DNA of 62,195 bases, filler included, from Chiloscyllium plagiosum (taxonomy: Eukaryota): assembly GCF_004010195.1 (NCBI RefSeq). It is 3 parts of one record of this genome, joined end to end, with 100 filler letters (N's around TTAATTAATTAA, not from the genome) between each part and the next. Parts side by side here need not be neighbours in the genome. Positions count along the whole stretch, not along the records: positions 1 to 31,876 come from NC_057717.1; 2 more parts are not named here. One strand, given 5' to 3'. Shown in pieces: positions 12,520-24,189 of the stretch (within the stretch, counting starts at the first letter, position 1; each line of letters opens with the position of its first letter). Below the pieces are notes generated by a model that was not told the origin of the DNA, did no database searches, and saw only the letters and a list, made by a program, of their open reading frames with translations. The translations under genes and the position numbers were made by a program.

Positions 12520-13078
12520 TGCTGTGTACTCATATTCCTGAACCCTGCTGGATAGGAATAACTAGGCACAGAACTCTGAGACGTCTTCTTTGAGTCTTTA
12601 TTGATGAGACATGGCAGTTACCTGGATAGTGTACATGCAAAACACCTCCAGGTAGCATCAGGTAACTCCCCGCCTGTCCGATGTAAAGCTCCCATTCTTA
12701 TACCTTTGTGGTTTTTGGTTTTGAGTGGAGGCTGTCTCTCAGTATTATCTCCATGGCAACGGCAGTTAAAAAGTCGAGTTCAGCTCAACACTTTGTGGTT
12801 AAACGAAATACCCCTCCCCCACACCCCTGTGGCTCAGTCAGGTATCTGACAGGCACTTCAGTTTCAGTGGGGCTGTCTGTCAGGATTCTGATGTGGAAGA
12901 ACTGGTGTTGGAGCGTGGTGGACAAAGTTAAAAACCACACATCACCAAGTTGTACTTCCAAATAAACCTGTTGGACTATAAGCTTTTGCAGTGTGTTGTG
13001 AGTTTTAACTTGATCAGGATTATCTCTATGGTAACAGTTAAGTGCTTCAACAATTACAGAGGCCATATGTTCCCCACA
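12520..13078 (-). mobile_element. Probable solo LTR
   Basis: On the minus strand it starts TGTGGGGAAC, has TATAAG (~12697-12702) then AATAAA (~12597-12602), and ends ...CAGCA. It interrupts a CR1. No clear TSD. Confidence 0.55.
12890..13010 (+). mobile_element. Short fold-back Penelope pLTR insertion (family B)
   Basis: atgtggaagaactggtgttgg...aaagttaaaaaccacac followed by an inverted aaacctgttggactata...gagttttaact. Confidence 0.7.
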
Positions 13079-13702
13079 TAATAGGTTCCCCTCTAGCGGT
13101 GTAAACTGCTATTCTGGCCCTGGGGATAGCTACTAATCACTTTTCTCCCCCAATCCTATCTAGCTTTCTGTTGATCTTTAAAGTTTTTCTAATCTCCTAG
13201 TTTCTCCTTGGTCTTTGCCAATTTGTATGTTTTCTATTTCAATTTGATAGACTCCCTTATTTCCTTAGCCACCCATGGCAGATTACTCCTTTTCCTACAG
13301 TCCTCCCTTTTCACTGATATATACTTTTGCTGAGCAGTTTGAAAAATTCTTTGATATTCCTCCACTGTCTGTCAACTGTCCCACCCTAAAGTCTTTGCTT
13401 CCAGTCTACATTAGCCAACTCCTGCCTCATCCTATTGTAGGTCTCCTTTGTTTAAGCACAGGATCTTGGGATTGGATTTAATCTTCCCGCTTTCCTTCTG
13501 TATTCTAAATTCAACCAGACTTAACACAAGTCTTTTATCAGATTACGAGGTGAGGCGATGTTACCTGGGTGTTTGGGTTTTTATTGTCAGAGACCTTGGC
13601 TTTGTGATAAATTATAGGATAGATATTCACAACAGAGTATTCTGTACGGTGTGAATGTACTACAAAGTCTAAAACCATAAATCACTGTCTCCCCTCAGTT
13701 TA

Positions 13703-13876
13703 CATGATTTGGAGATGCCGATGTTGGACTGGGGTGTACAAAATTTTAAAAATCACACATCGCCAGGTATAGTCCTACAGGTTTAATTGGAAGCACACTA
13801 GCTTTCGGAGTGTGGCTCCTTCATCATGATCCAATTAAACTTGTTGGACTATAACCTGTTGCTGTGTGATTTTTAA
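13703..13876 (+). mobile_element. Short fold-back Penelope pLTR insertion (family B) with 14-bp TSD
   Basis: TSD ctcccctcagttta (13689-13702) / ctcacctcagttta (13877-13890). The minus strand carries aTGATGA-aggagccacactcc-GAAAgctag. Confidence 0.85.
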
Positions 13877-14039
13877 CTCACCTCAGTTTAAAATTGCAAA
13901 ATCATTATCTCCCACATGCTTCCTCACTGTTTAAGTTTGGAACACTAATCCACCTGACTATCCTGCTTTTTCCAAAAATCTCCTTTGGCGAAGGTGGTGA
14001 GTTTTGGATTCAGCTTTCCAGTTATTACCGTAAGAAGAT

Positions 14040-14285
14040 AAGCACTGGGCACAGGAGAGGCAATGTAGCCCTTCGAACCAGCTCCACCATTTAATACCAT
14101 GATGACTGAGCTCACCTCAGTCTCAGCTGGATTTTCCCGCCTGCTCTCTCTCACCCTTCGACTCATTGCAAATTAAACATCTGTATCTCTGCATTAAATT
14201 TGCTCATTGTCCTGGCATCCACTGCATTTTGAATAGGGAATTCCACAGATTCACAGCACATTGAGATAAGTACATTCTTCTTCAT
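14040..14285 (-). mobile_element. CR1 3'-end fragment
   Basis: ggcacaggagaggcaatgtagcccttcgaaccagctccaccattt is similar to the element at 15-250. Confidence 0.7.
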
Positions 14286-14286
14286 G

Positions 14287-14618
14287 AGAATAGAATAGAG
14301 TCCCTACAGTGCAGAAACAGAGTACTCGTCCATGGAGTCCACACCAACCCGATAATGAGCATCCCATTCAGACTCACCAATTCCCTGTATTTCCCATGGT
14401 TAATGGATTAACCTGCACAGGCATGGACACTGTGGGAATTTAGCATAGCCAATCCACTTAACCTGCACATCTTTGGACTGAGAAATGAAACTGGAGCACC
14501 CAGAGGAAACTCGCACAGACACGGGGAGAACGTGTAAACTCCACACAGTCACCTAAGGTTGGAATCAAATCCAGGTCCCTGACGCTGTGGGTCAGCAATG
14601 CTAACCATTGAGCCACCT
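14287..14618 (-). mobile_element. HE1-type tRNA-derived SINE
   Basis: acctgcacatctttggactg...gcagacacggggagaacgtgtaaactccacac...gctaaccattgagccacc, with an (agaat)n tail. Confidence 0.9.
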
Positions 14619-14838
14619 CTGCTTAAAATCATCTCCTCCTATTAACCACCCCATGCCCCAGTTGGCTGAATATATATTCCTTACGTTAGAAAATCAGGTT
14701 GTGGAAGCAGATGTCTCAGTAAAACCCAGTGACAGTCCATATGTTCTGTGTGTCTGAATGGGGATCCTATACACAACACCCTCCAGTCCACACTTTTCAT
14801 TTTCTTTCCAGAGACAGGGCTCCAGTGGCTTCATGGGG

Positions 14839-14858
14839 ACTACAACTCCCACAATCCC
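14839..14858 (+). promoter_or_regulatory. ZNF143/SBS (ACTACAnnTCCCA) motif
   Basis: ACTACAACTCCCACAATCCC closely matches the extended ZNF143/THAP11-HCF1 promoter motif. Confidence 0.55.
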
Positions 14859-15219
14859 TGAAGCAGGGCCCACACGTGTGTGGGGAAACCCGTCACTATA
14901 CATGTATAGAATGTGGGCGGGTTTTGGAGCATGTGTTTTGGGTAAGTATGCTTTGCGGAAAGTATTTCACACTGTGTGATTGGCTGGAGGAAGAATGCAT
15001 CTGCTTATAGTATTGATCAGTTGGGGGGGGTCAAAGTGTCACCACACCCATATAGGACCACTCTCCATCCCCAATTCATTGTAATAGTGGGAATCAACCA
15101 ATGGGAAACAAAGAAGGATCTGACCCATTCTCCCAGACTGAAGGTTCCTCTTCTTTCCAGGATCTGCCACCTCCCTTTTCCTTTTGTTTCATTCTGCTGT
15201 TACATTATTAACTTGCAGC

Positions 15220-15540
15220 AACTGATGGGAAAGGAAGTGAACCCAGAAAGGGTGCAGAGTCTAACCAGGGACGGGAAGTGGTGGTTTATCAGCAACTCCC
15301 GTGAGAATGGGGAGGGTGTACATTAGGGGTAGCAGAGTCAGAATGGTGGGAGGGAGTAAGTGGGCTGGAGGGTTACAGCTTTGGGGGAAGAAAGAGGAAA
15401 CATATTCCAGAGAAACGAGAATTAATTGTCTGCTCTGAATTTCTAATCTGTATATATTTCTTTATACAGGGTGCTAGATGGTGAAGATTTGCAGACTGAA
15501 ATCTCAACATCATGTGCCGATCGTCATAAAGTTAACCAGA
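15220..15540 (+). pseudogene. Truncated ZNF-type gene 5' exon(s)
   Basis: Acceptor tttctttatacag at 15469, then ggtgctagatggtgaagatttgcagactgaaatctcaa, homologous to 11331 onward. Cut off by repeats before any finger. Confidence 0.45.
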
Positions 15541-16939
15541 ATTTGAAGAACCAAAGATAGAGAATCACTCGGCCAAAATCCTGCAACACTCCCTCCCAGC
15601 ATTGTCGGTCTATCTGCACCAAATGGACTGTGAATGGTACAAGACAGCAGCCTACTACCATCTTTTCAAGGGTAAGGAGAAATGGGGAATAAATGCTGGC
15701 TGAGTCAGTGATGCCCATATCCTGGAAACGGTTTCTATCTCTAGTTGCTGAAACCCAATTGATGTTACTGCAGGATGAAGAGGGAGGTTGAGTGCATCCT
15801 CCAGGAAGAGCACCATCACATTACTCCCGCCTACACCCACACAGTAACACAGCAACGTCACTGGAACAAAAGGCAGTGAAGCCAAAGGAGGGCTTAGATA
15901 TAGTTCTTCGAGATAAAACCATCAAAGGGGATTGGAACACAGCAGGAACAGGAGACTGAGCTGGATGGTCAGCTGCTTCCCATTGAATGGTGGAGCAGGA
16001 TTGAAAGGCCTCCTCCTGCTGCTATCTCCCAGGTATGTACATAACCATGGGGCCCGGGTAGGAAGAAGTAGGCAAGGCAGGGATTCTCCAGGCGATTGCA
16101 CTTCCACAACAGTTTTCAGTGAGGGATGGTTTGATGGATTTTATTTAACATTTAGNNNNNNNNNNNNNNNNNNNNNNNNNNNNNNNNNNNNNNNNNNNNN
16201 NNNNNNNNNNNNNNNNNNNNNNNNNNNNNNNNNNNNNNNNNNNNNNNNNNNNNNNNNNNNNNNNNNNNNNNNNNNNNNNNNNNNNNNNNNNNNNNNNNNN
16301 NNNNNNNNNNNNNNNNNNNNNNNNNNNNNNNNNNNNNNNNNNNNNNNNNNNNNNNNNNNNNNNNNNNNNNNNNNNNNNNNNNNNNNNNNNNNNNNNNNNN
16401 NNNNNNNNNNNNNNNNNNNNNNNNNNNNNNNNNNNNNNNNNNNNNNNNNNNNNNNNNNNNNNNNNNNNNNNNNNNNNNNNNNNNNNNNNNNNNNNNNNNN
16501 NNNNNNNNNNNNNNNNNNNNNNNNNNNNNNNNNNNNNNNNNNNNNNNNNNNNNNNNNNNNNNNNNNNNNNNNNNNNNNNNNNNNNNNNNNNNNNNNNNNN
16601 NNNNNNNNNNNNNNNNNNNNNNNNNNNNNNNNNNNNNNNNNNNNNNNNNNNNNNNGGACTGACTGCCCTATGCCTGCTCCGATTCCTTGAGGCTCCGCTT
16701 CATGTTTTTTTTTTCTTTCCAAAGAAGAGCGTGATACAATGTGCTAAAAATCTCAGATGTTGTGAAAATGGGGTGTTTATGTACTGGTTCAGATGGCATT
16801 GATTCATCAATCACAGCTATACAGTCATGATTAGGAAGGCAATTCCCTCCATAAATAAAGGAAATCTACTGCAAAGCTCACACAAAGGGAATTCTTACCC
16901 TCAGTAAACTCTCCCATCACATTACCCAACGTATCAGCA

Positions 16940-17435
16940 AAAGCAGGACATAGTGCGCATGCTCTTGCCAACAAAGCGACCCCCAGGTGATTGATGTCAG
17001 CACTTGACCAATGAAAGGATGGTCGGCGGACCTGGATGACCTAGCGGCATGTTGGTCCTCCAACCAATCAAAGTGAATGAAGGGCGGAGCTAAACTAAAC
17101 CATGTGATCACCCTCGCGCGCGGTGCAGAATCGCTCCAATGAATTTTTGGGAAGTTATAGAGAGAAAGGATACGGTAAGGAAAGAAATAAACAGAGAAAC
17201 GGGAGAAAAACTGTGTTGCTATGAGCGGAGAGGTTTTACAAACAAATTGTGCACGTCATAAAACACAAATTTGAACGTCCCAGTCCCGTGTTTGCAGTAA
17301 ATGAGGAATGGCCTCAGCGCGGCTGCAGGCCTGAGTGAGCGCCGCCATCTTTATTCGGGGCAATGATTCACTGGACACTTGCGGAGCTGCCATCTTTGTA
17401 GAGGGCAAGGTGCAGCCAGGCGCATGTGCAGCCTT
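16940..17435 (+). promoter_or_regulatory. CpG-enriched promoter / exon-1 module
   Basis: NRF1 TGCGCATGC (16954), CCAAT (17008, 17064), GC box gggcggagc (17082), possible donor acg|gtaagg (~17175), YY1 GCCGCCATCTT (17341) and GCCATCTT (17389), NRF1-like gcgcatgtgc (17420). Confidence 0.7.
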
Positions 17436-18683
17436 TCTCTAGTATAGAGTCATTGGGATCATAGCAGCCAATACTGCTCTGATTCACCTCTGGGCTCCCT
17501 CATGACCACTTTGTCAATATCTAGCTTCCTCAGTCTCGAACCATGTGTGGATATTTGGTCTGTTTAGTACTGTATTATTACTTTTATAGACCCTTTGTAA
17601 ATGAGTTTTTCACTGCGGCCCAGCCCCTGATCATATGCTGCTCTATTATCAGATTACTTTTTTCTTGAATATTTTTGACAGTCAAGAATTCTTTTTTCCA
17701 ACAAGCAAGTGTATTTTCCTTCCATTTCTGACTATAAAATTCTGCACCATTTTCATTCCCTGTAATCCATTTTGCACTCCCTGAAACATCAACTGTGTTT
17801 CTCCTTCCACAGATACCAGTGATTAATGCCAAAGCACTGTTGCCTGTGGAGAGGGTGATGTTTGACTTTCTTGTACAGCTGCAGTTTGTGTGGTGAAGGT
17901 GCTCCTACAATGTGGTTGGGTAGTGGCATTATAGATTATTCATTCAGCAACAGTAATGACTTGAAAATAATGTCCAAATCAACAACAGTTTGTAATTTTT
18001 TCTCATACTTATAATTTCACAAAAAAAACTATTGAGAACTTTAGACATAAGGTCAGAGATGGAGATGTTAGGTCAGGTGACCAAAAGCATTGCCAAAAAG
18101 CAGTTTTGAGGGATGTCTTAAAGGTAGAAAGCAGACCTGTGAGGTTTTGGCTGCAAATTTCAGACCATGCTGCTTCAGCAACTGTAGAAACAGCCACACA
18201 GGTGAAGTAATGAATTAAGAAATGGTTGGGAGTCTCGAAGAAAATGGGTTGTCGAGGTCTCAAAGTGTGTGTGGTGCAGGGAGCTAGGGATTATCACAGC
18301 CAGGAATTAAATCAAATGTGAGAATTTTAAATTGAGGGATATTGGCCAGGTGCTGGCAGGTGATACTAGATTGGGTTGAGGTATCTGGTCGGCATGGATG
18401 GGTTGGGCCGAAGGGTCCAACATCTCTATGGCTGTATGCTGTATGCTGTTGATTATAATTAGGAGCATTTTGATGAATCAACAAGCAGACATTTAGACTT
18501 TCTTGAGAATACAGGGAGGTTGAATGTGGGAAGCTGGCCCTGAGTGTGTTTGGAAAATGAAGTCTGGAGATAACACGTGATGGATGAGCGTTTCAGGATA
18601 TGAGCTGAATTGAGGGTGGAATCAACTAGAATTAGCGATCTTGGAGTGGGACTGAGTTATCACACTGACCTCACCTCTGGGAT

Positions 18684-20400
18684 TCAGCTGGTTGCCAGAT
18701 TGTGAATCAGGGCGGTAACACAATCGGGAGCTGAGTGGTTCTGGTCGTGCCTAAAATGAGTGTCGCTCAGCTGACTGTTGCTGAGCAGCTGCTGATTGGT
18801 AGCCCTGTTGATGACATCTTCCATCACTTTACTGCTGATCGAGTGTGGACTGATAGATGGAAATTGCCTGGGTTGAATTGCCCTGTGTTTTTGCGTTGAA
18901 CAGCCCTGGGCAATGTTCCACATTGTCGGTCGATGCCAGTGCTGGAACGGTACGTAGCTTGGTGGGTGGCAAGTTTTGGAGCACAAGCCATCAGTATTAT
19001 TGCCAGAATATTTGCAGGGCCCGTAGCCGTTGCACTACTTAACCATTTCTTGATGTTATTCAAACTCAACTGAACTGATTTAAAACTCACAGCTGTGATG
19101 TTGTTAACCACTGGAGAAGGCTGAGATGGATCATTCCACTTTGCACTTCTGGCTGAAGATTGCTGCAAATGCTGGCATCTTATCTGGGGCATGGATGTGT
19201 GAGGCCCCTCCATCAGTAAAGGTGGGGATATCTGTGATGCTTCCTCCAGTGAGTTGTTTAATTGTCCATCACCATTCACAACTGGGTGTGGCAGAACTGC
19301 AGAGTTCCGATCTGTTTCATTGGATGTCGGATCACTTAGCTCTGTTGCTTGCTGCTGATGCTGTTTGATGCAGGTAGTTCTGTTTGATAGCTTCACCAGG
19401 TTGGCACTTCATTTTTAAGTCTGCCTGGTACTGCCCATGGCATGCCCTCCTTTCCTGTCCATTGTAATGGGCGAGAGCTGGATTTACAAACCCATGAGAT
19501 TTCAGATTGTGCTGGAATATGTTCTGCTGCTGTTGATGTCTCACAGTGTATCAGGGATACCCAGTTTGAGATCCTACATCTCATCGAAGTCTGTCCCATT
19601 TCGAACGGTGATAGTGTCACTCAACACAATGGAAGTTTTTCTCAAAAATAAGGCAAGACTTTGTCCCAAAAAGGAATGTGTGATGGTCGCTCGTACTGAT
19701 ACTGTCATGGCCAGATGTATCTGCATCTGGTCAATTCATAACAATGAGATCAGGTATGTTTTACACTCTTGTTGGTTCCCTCAGCACCCGCTGCAGACTC
19801 AGTTGAGCAGCTATACCCTTTAGGACCTGGCCAGCTCAGTCAGTAATTTTGTTGCAGAGTTGTTTCGATTGTGGACATTGAAATCCTGTACCCAGAGTAC
19901 ATTTGACACCATTTTATTTCCTCAGTGCTTCCTCCAAATGTTGTTCAACATGAAGCAGAAGTGATTCATCAGCCAAGGGAGGATGGGACGTGGTAATCGG
20001 CAGGAGCCATGAGACTTCCTGGTCTCCGGAACCAATGCGGTGTACTCCCAGGGCAAATCCTCCCTGTCTGTACACCACTGTGCCACCACCTCTGCCTGGT
20101 CTGTCCTGCCGGTGGGACAGGATATATCCAGAGATTCTCCTGCTCCCCGGATGCTGCCTGACTGTTGTGTTTTTCTAGCATCACACTCTCGATATCTAGG
20201 GATGGTGATGGTGGTGTCTGGTCATTGTTTGTAAGGGATGATTCCGTGAGTATGACTATGTCAGGCTGTTCCTTGACTAGTCTGTGAGACAGCCCTGCAC
20301 ATTTTGGCACCAAAAACCATATGTTAGTGAGGAGGACGTTGCACCATCGAGAGGGCTGATTCTGTGGTTGTAATTTCTGGTGTCTTGTTAGATGTCAACT
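18684..20400 (-). mobile_element. Decayed non-LTR LINE of a second CR1/L2-group lineage (APE plus RT)
   Basis: LVPKCAGLSHRLVKEQPDIVILTESSL (APE start); SISSKVMEDVINRATNQQLLSNSQLSDTHFRHDQNHSAPDCVTALI (RT start). Confidence 0.85.
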
Positions 20401-20639
20401 GGTCAATCCAGTTTCATTCCTGTGTTGAGACTTTGCAGTGATTAATACAGTGAGTAGCTGGATGGGCTGCTGTCAGGTTGGCAGGATTTTTTTCGGCCAT
20501 TGACAATGGTTTCATGGAGATCAGGAGATTCCTAATACGTTGTTTTTTTTTTCTTGAATTCAGATTCCACCATCTGCCAAGATGGGATTCGAACCAGGAC
20601 TTCCGACGTTTATTTTAATATTGTGGATAAAAGCTAAAT

Positions 20640-21600
20640 ACATCAGGTTTGTTCACTCATTTTAAATATCACGATCCCTGGTTTTGTTTCTTTGTAAAAC
20701 ACTGTCCATCGTCCTGTCTCCTCCATCCTCCCCTCCAACAACGAGGGAGGAGCACATGGAATTTCTCTGTCACTAAGACTGAGATAATCCGATCTGCTGC
20801 TTCTCTCCCTCCCACGAGCCCACTGAACCAAACTGCCTCACGTGGTGTTCCTGGTTTTTGTCCTAAAACTACATCTTTCTCCAGTCTCTTGTCAAGCCTT
20901 ATCAGAGCTCACCTTGACCCTAATCTCGCTAAACTCATTTTCCAACTCTCTTTCCTCCGCTGCTGCCTCATCACCCCCCTCGCCAATTCATAGATATTGA
21001 TCCTTGTTCTGTCTGTTGGTATTTTCTGGTTATGTCCTTCTCTCCCATTCTGTGAAGAGCTAATATTTGACTTCACCGTTGTTGGAAAATCCTGCTCCAT
21101 CTCCACTCTCCCTTTCCTTTCTGAATTCCTTGCATTTGGTGTCCCTCAACGATCTATCCTTGGTCTCTCCTGTATCTCACGTATATAGTGCCAGGAGGTG
21201 ATATCGTCCAAAAACACTGTTAGGTTTGACATGTACACTGACGATGCCCAGCTCGCCCTCCCCATCATCCCTCTCCATTACTCGACTGTCACTCAGTTTT
21301 CAAACTGCCTATCACATTCCCACTACTCGATTAGCTGCAAATTCCTCCAATGAAACATTGTCATGGTTAAACCCATTGCCTTACCTTTACCTTTCAGCTG
21401 AGCCCCTCCCTCCCACTGGGAACTCTGAGGCAGAACGACACACTTCACAATATTGCTGTTATATCTGACCCCAAGGTGACCTTCTGATCAGACATCCACA
21501 CAATCACAACACCAGGAAATCCAATCTCTTAAACGTTGCTTTTCTCCACCTCACCCCAGCTCCATTGCCACTGAAACCCCTTACCCGCGTCTGTGTCGCC
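20640..21600 (+). mobile_element. Decayed L2-clade LINE
   Basis: GVPQRSILG and FDMYTDDAQL (YADD-like) motifs in pyrimidine-rich L2-like sequence. Confidence 0.75.
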
Positions 21601-21639
21601 TTAAACTTGAATAAAAAAAACAGAACCCTTGATTCCGTG

Positions 21640-22200
21640 ACTCGGAATCTGGTTTCAGACTCCCCTCTCAGTATTTACCCTCAGACACATCCTTTCTGTA
21701 TTTATCCTGTCAAACCCCTGAAGAATCCCATATGTCTAAATGAGACCACCTCTCTTTCTCCAAAATCCAGTGAGTAGAGTCCCAACCTTTTTAGCCTTTA
21801 TTTAAAAGATAATCCCTCCAAACCAGGGATCATCTCATTGAATCTTCCCTGAAATGCCTCCAATAAAGTGACACATTTCCTTATCTAAAGAGACCAAAAC
21901 TGCTCTCATTACTGCAGATATGGTGGTCTCACCAGCACTTCCACACGTTACTCTCAGGTATATACTCCAAACTCTAATACTGAGAACCTTTGAAACAAAA
22001 CATTCCATTCCCCTTTCTGATTCCCTGTTGTAACTGTGTGGTAGCTTTCTGTGTTTTCTGAACAATTACCCCTGGTCCCTTTGTGGTGCAGCTTTCTACA
22101 GTTTCCACCATTTAAATAGTACTTTGTTCTTTTATTATCTCCTCCAAAATGAGCAACTTCCCATTTTTCCAAGTTACACTCTATCTGGCAACTTGTTCCC
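21640..22200 (-). mobile_element. CR1 fragment
   Basis: EKWEVAHFGGDNKRTKYYLNG in ORF 21954-22172(-). Confidence 0.8.
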
Positions 22201-23859
22201 CCCTTCTCCTGTACATCTCTCTCTTTTCATAATCCTCTTAGACCTTTACAGTTATGCCTTTTCTAGGAGATATCCTCCCCGTCCCATTCATCCAAACATT
22301 TATGGGAGCACTGGGCAGTGGGAAGCAGACAGAGTTGCTATCTTTTTAGGGATACGCTTTGGAGTGATTGGGAGGATCTTCCTACCCATTGGTCAGGGTG
22401 GAGACAACTTGCGCGTCGTTAGACTTTAGCCTTTCGCACCCATGTCTTATTGATGAGGCATATCTCACTGACGCTGGGATCATTTTCTCCAATGTGTCAA
22501 AGAACTGCTGTGTTCAGTCACATGAGATCTCAAGTTGGAATCTCCTAGAAACCCACAGATTTCCCTCTGAGTTGACTGCTGTTGTCCTCAAGGGTAATAT
22601 GTACAGTAATCCTGGGCCACGAGGAGGGGATGGTGNNNNNNNNNNNNNNNNNNNNNNNNNNNNNNNNNNNNNNNNNNNNNNNNNNNNNNNNNNNNNNNNN
22701 NNNNNNNNNNNNNNNNNNNNNNNNNNNNNNNNNNNNNNNNNNNNNNNNNNNNNNNNNNNNNNNNNNNNNNNNNNNNNNNNNNNNNNNNNNNNNNNNNNNN
22801 NNNNNNNNNNNNNNNNNNNNNNNNNNNNNNNNNNNNNNNNNNNNNNNNNNNNNNNNNNNNNNNNNNNNNNNNNNNNNNNNNNNNNNNNNNNNNNNNNNNN
22901 NNNNNNNNNNNNNNNNNNNNNNNNNNNNNNNNNNNNNNNNNNNNNNNNNNNNNNNNNNNNNNNNNNNNNNNNNNNNNNNNNNNNNNNNNNNNNNNNNNNN
23001 NNNNNNNNNNNNNNNNNNNNNNNNNNNNNNNNNNNNNNNNNNNNNNNNNNNNNNNNNNNNNNNNNNNNNNNNNNNNNNNNNNNNNNNNNNNNNNNNNNNN
23101 NNNNNNNNNNNNNNNNNNNNNNNNNNNNNNNNNNNNNNNNNNNNNNNNNNNNNNNNNNNNNNNNNNNNNNNNNNNNNNNNNNNNNNNNNNNNNNNNCTAT
23201 AGCAAAGATAGAAAGGGGGCAACAGAGCAGGGGGAGTGGTATTTTTGATTAGGGATAACATTACAGCTAGGCTTCAAGAGGGTATTCCTGGGAGTACATC
23301 GAGGCAAGTCATAGAGGTGGAACTGAGAAATAAGAAAGAGATTATCTCCTTACTGGGATTGTACTATTGACCCCTCCTCACCCCTTCCCCAAAAGTCAGC
23401 GGGGAATTGAGAAGCAAATTTACGAAGACATCACTTATCTATAAGAATAGTGTGGTTGTGTACAAGACTTGACCTTTTTTATTCATTCACAGGATGCGGG
23501 TGTCACTGGCTGTGCCCATAGGGCATCACATTGCTGTAGGTCTGGAATCACATGTAGGCCAGACGTGGTAAGGGTCGCAGATTCCTTCCCTGAAGGATAT
23601 TAGTGAATCTAATGGGGGTTTTTTTTGCAACAATCGACAATAGATTTATAATCTTTCATAGATTCTTAATTCCAAAATTTTTATCGAATTCACATTCCAC
23701 CATCTGCCTTGGCAGGATTCACACCCAGGCCTCAGAACGTTATCTGGGTATCTGGATTATCCGTTTAGCGATAATATCACTAGGCCATTTGGCAGGGTGA
23801 ATGACTGAGGTATCCGTAGGACGGCACATCAGCACCAAAATTCCCATGGTCTCTGCAGA

Positions 23860-24180
23860 ACATAGAAAGAGCTGGGGAGGGAAATATATTCCTGGTGGTG
23901 AGGTCTGACTGTAGGTAGCGGAAATGGCAGAGGTTAATGCGCTGTATCTGGTGATAAGTGGGGTGGCAAGTGAGGACCGGTAGATTATATTCTTCTTGTG
24001 GTTGGAGGGGTGGTGTAAAGGCGAAGGTGCAGGAAGTGGAGGATATGCATTGAAGGGCATTGTTGATCGCGTGGAGATGTTGTCCTTGAAATGGGAAACC
24101 TTTCTGGGATATCCTGGAGTGGAATTACTTCTCCTGGGAGCAGATATGGCAGAAGCAGAGGAATTAAGAGTACAGGATCA
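23860..24180 (-). mobile_element. Penelope-like remnant
   Basis: gagggaaatatattcctggtggtgaggtctgactgtagg matches the PLE at 6130 and 30920. Confidence 0.75.
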
Positions 24181-24189
24181 CGTTTTTAC

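Larger units (their letters stand above)
12320..13520 (-). mobile_element. CR1 fragment interrupted by an LTR-like insert
   Basis: SVFTVEDTKNMP...LGKLMELKVDTSPCSDEIHPRVLPEIAGEI in ORF 12150-12569(-). Confidence 0.8.
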
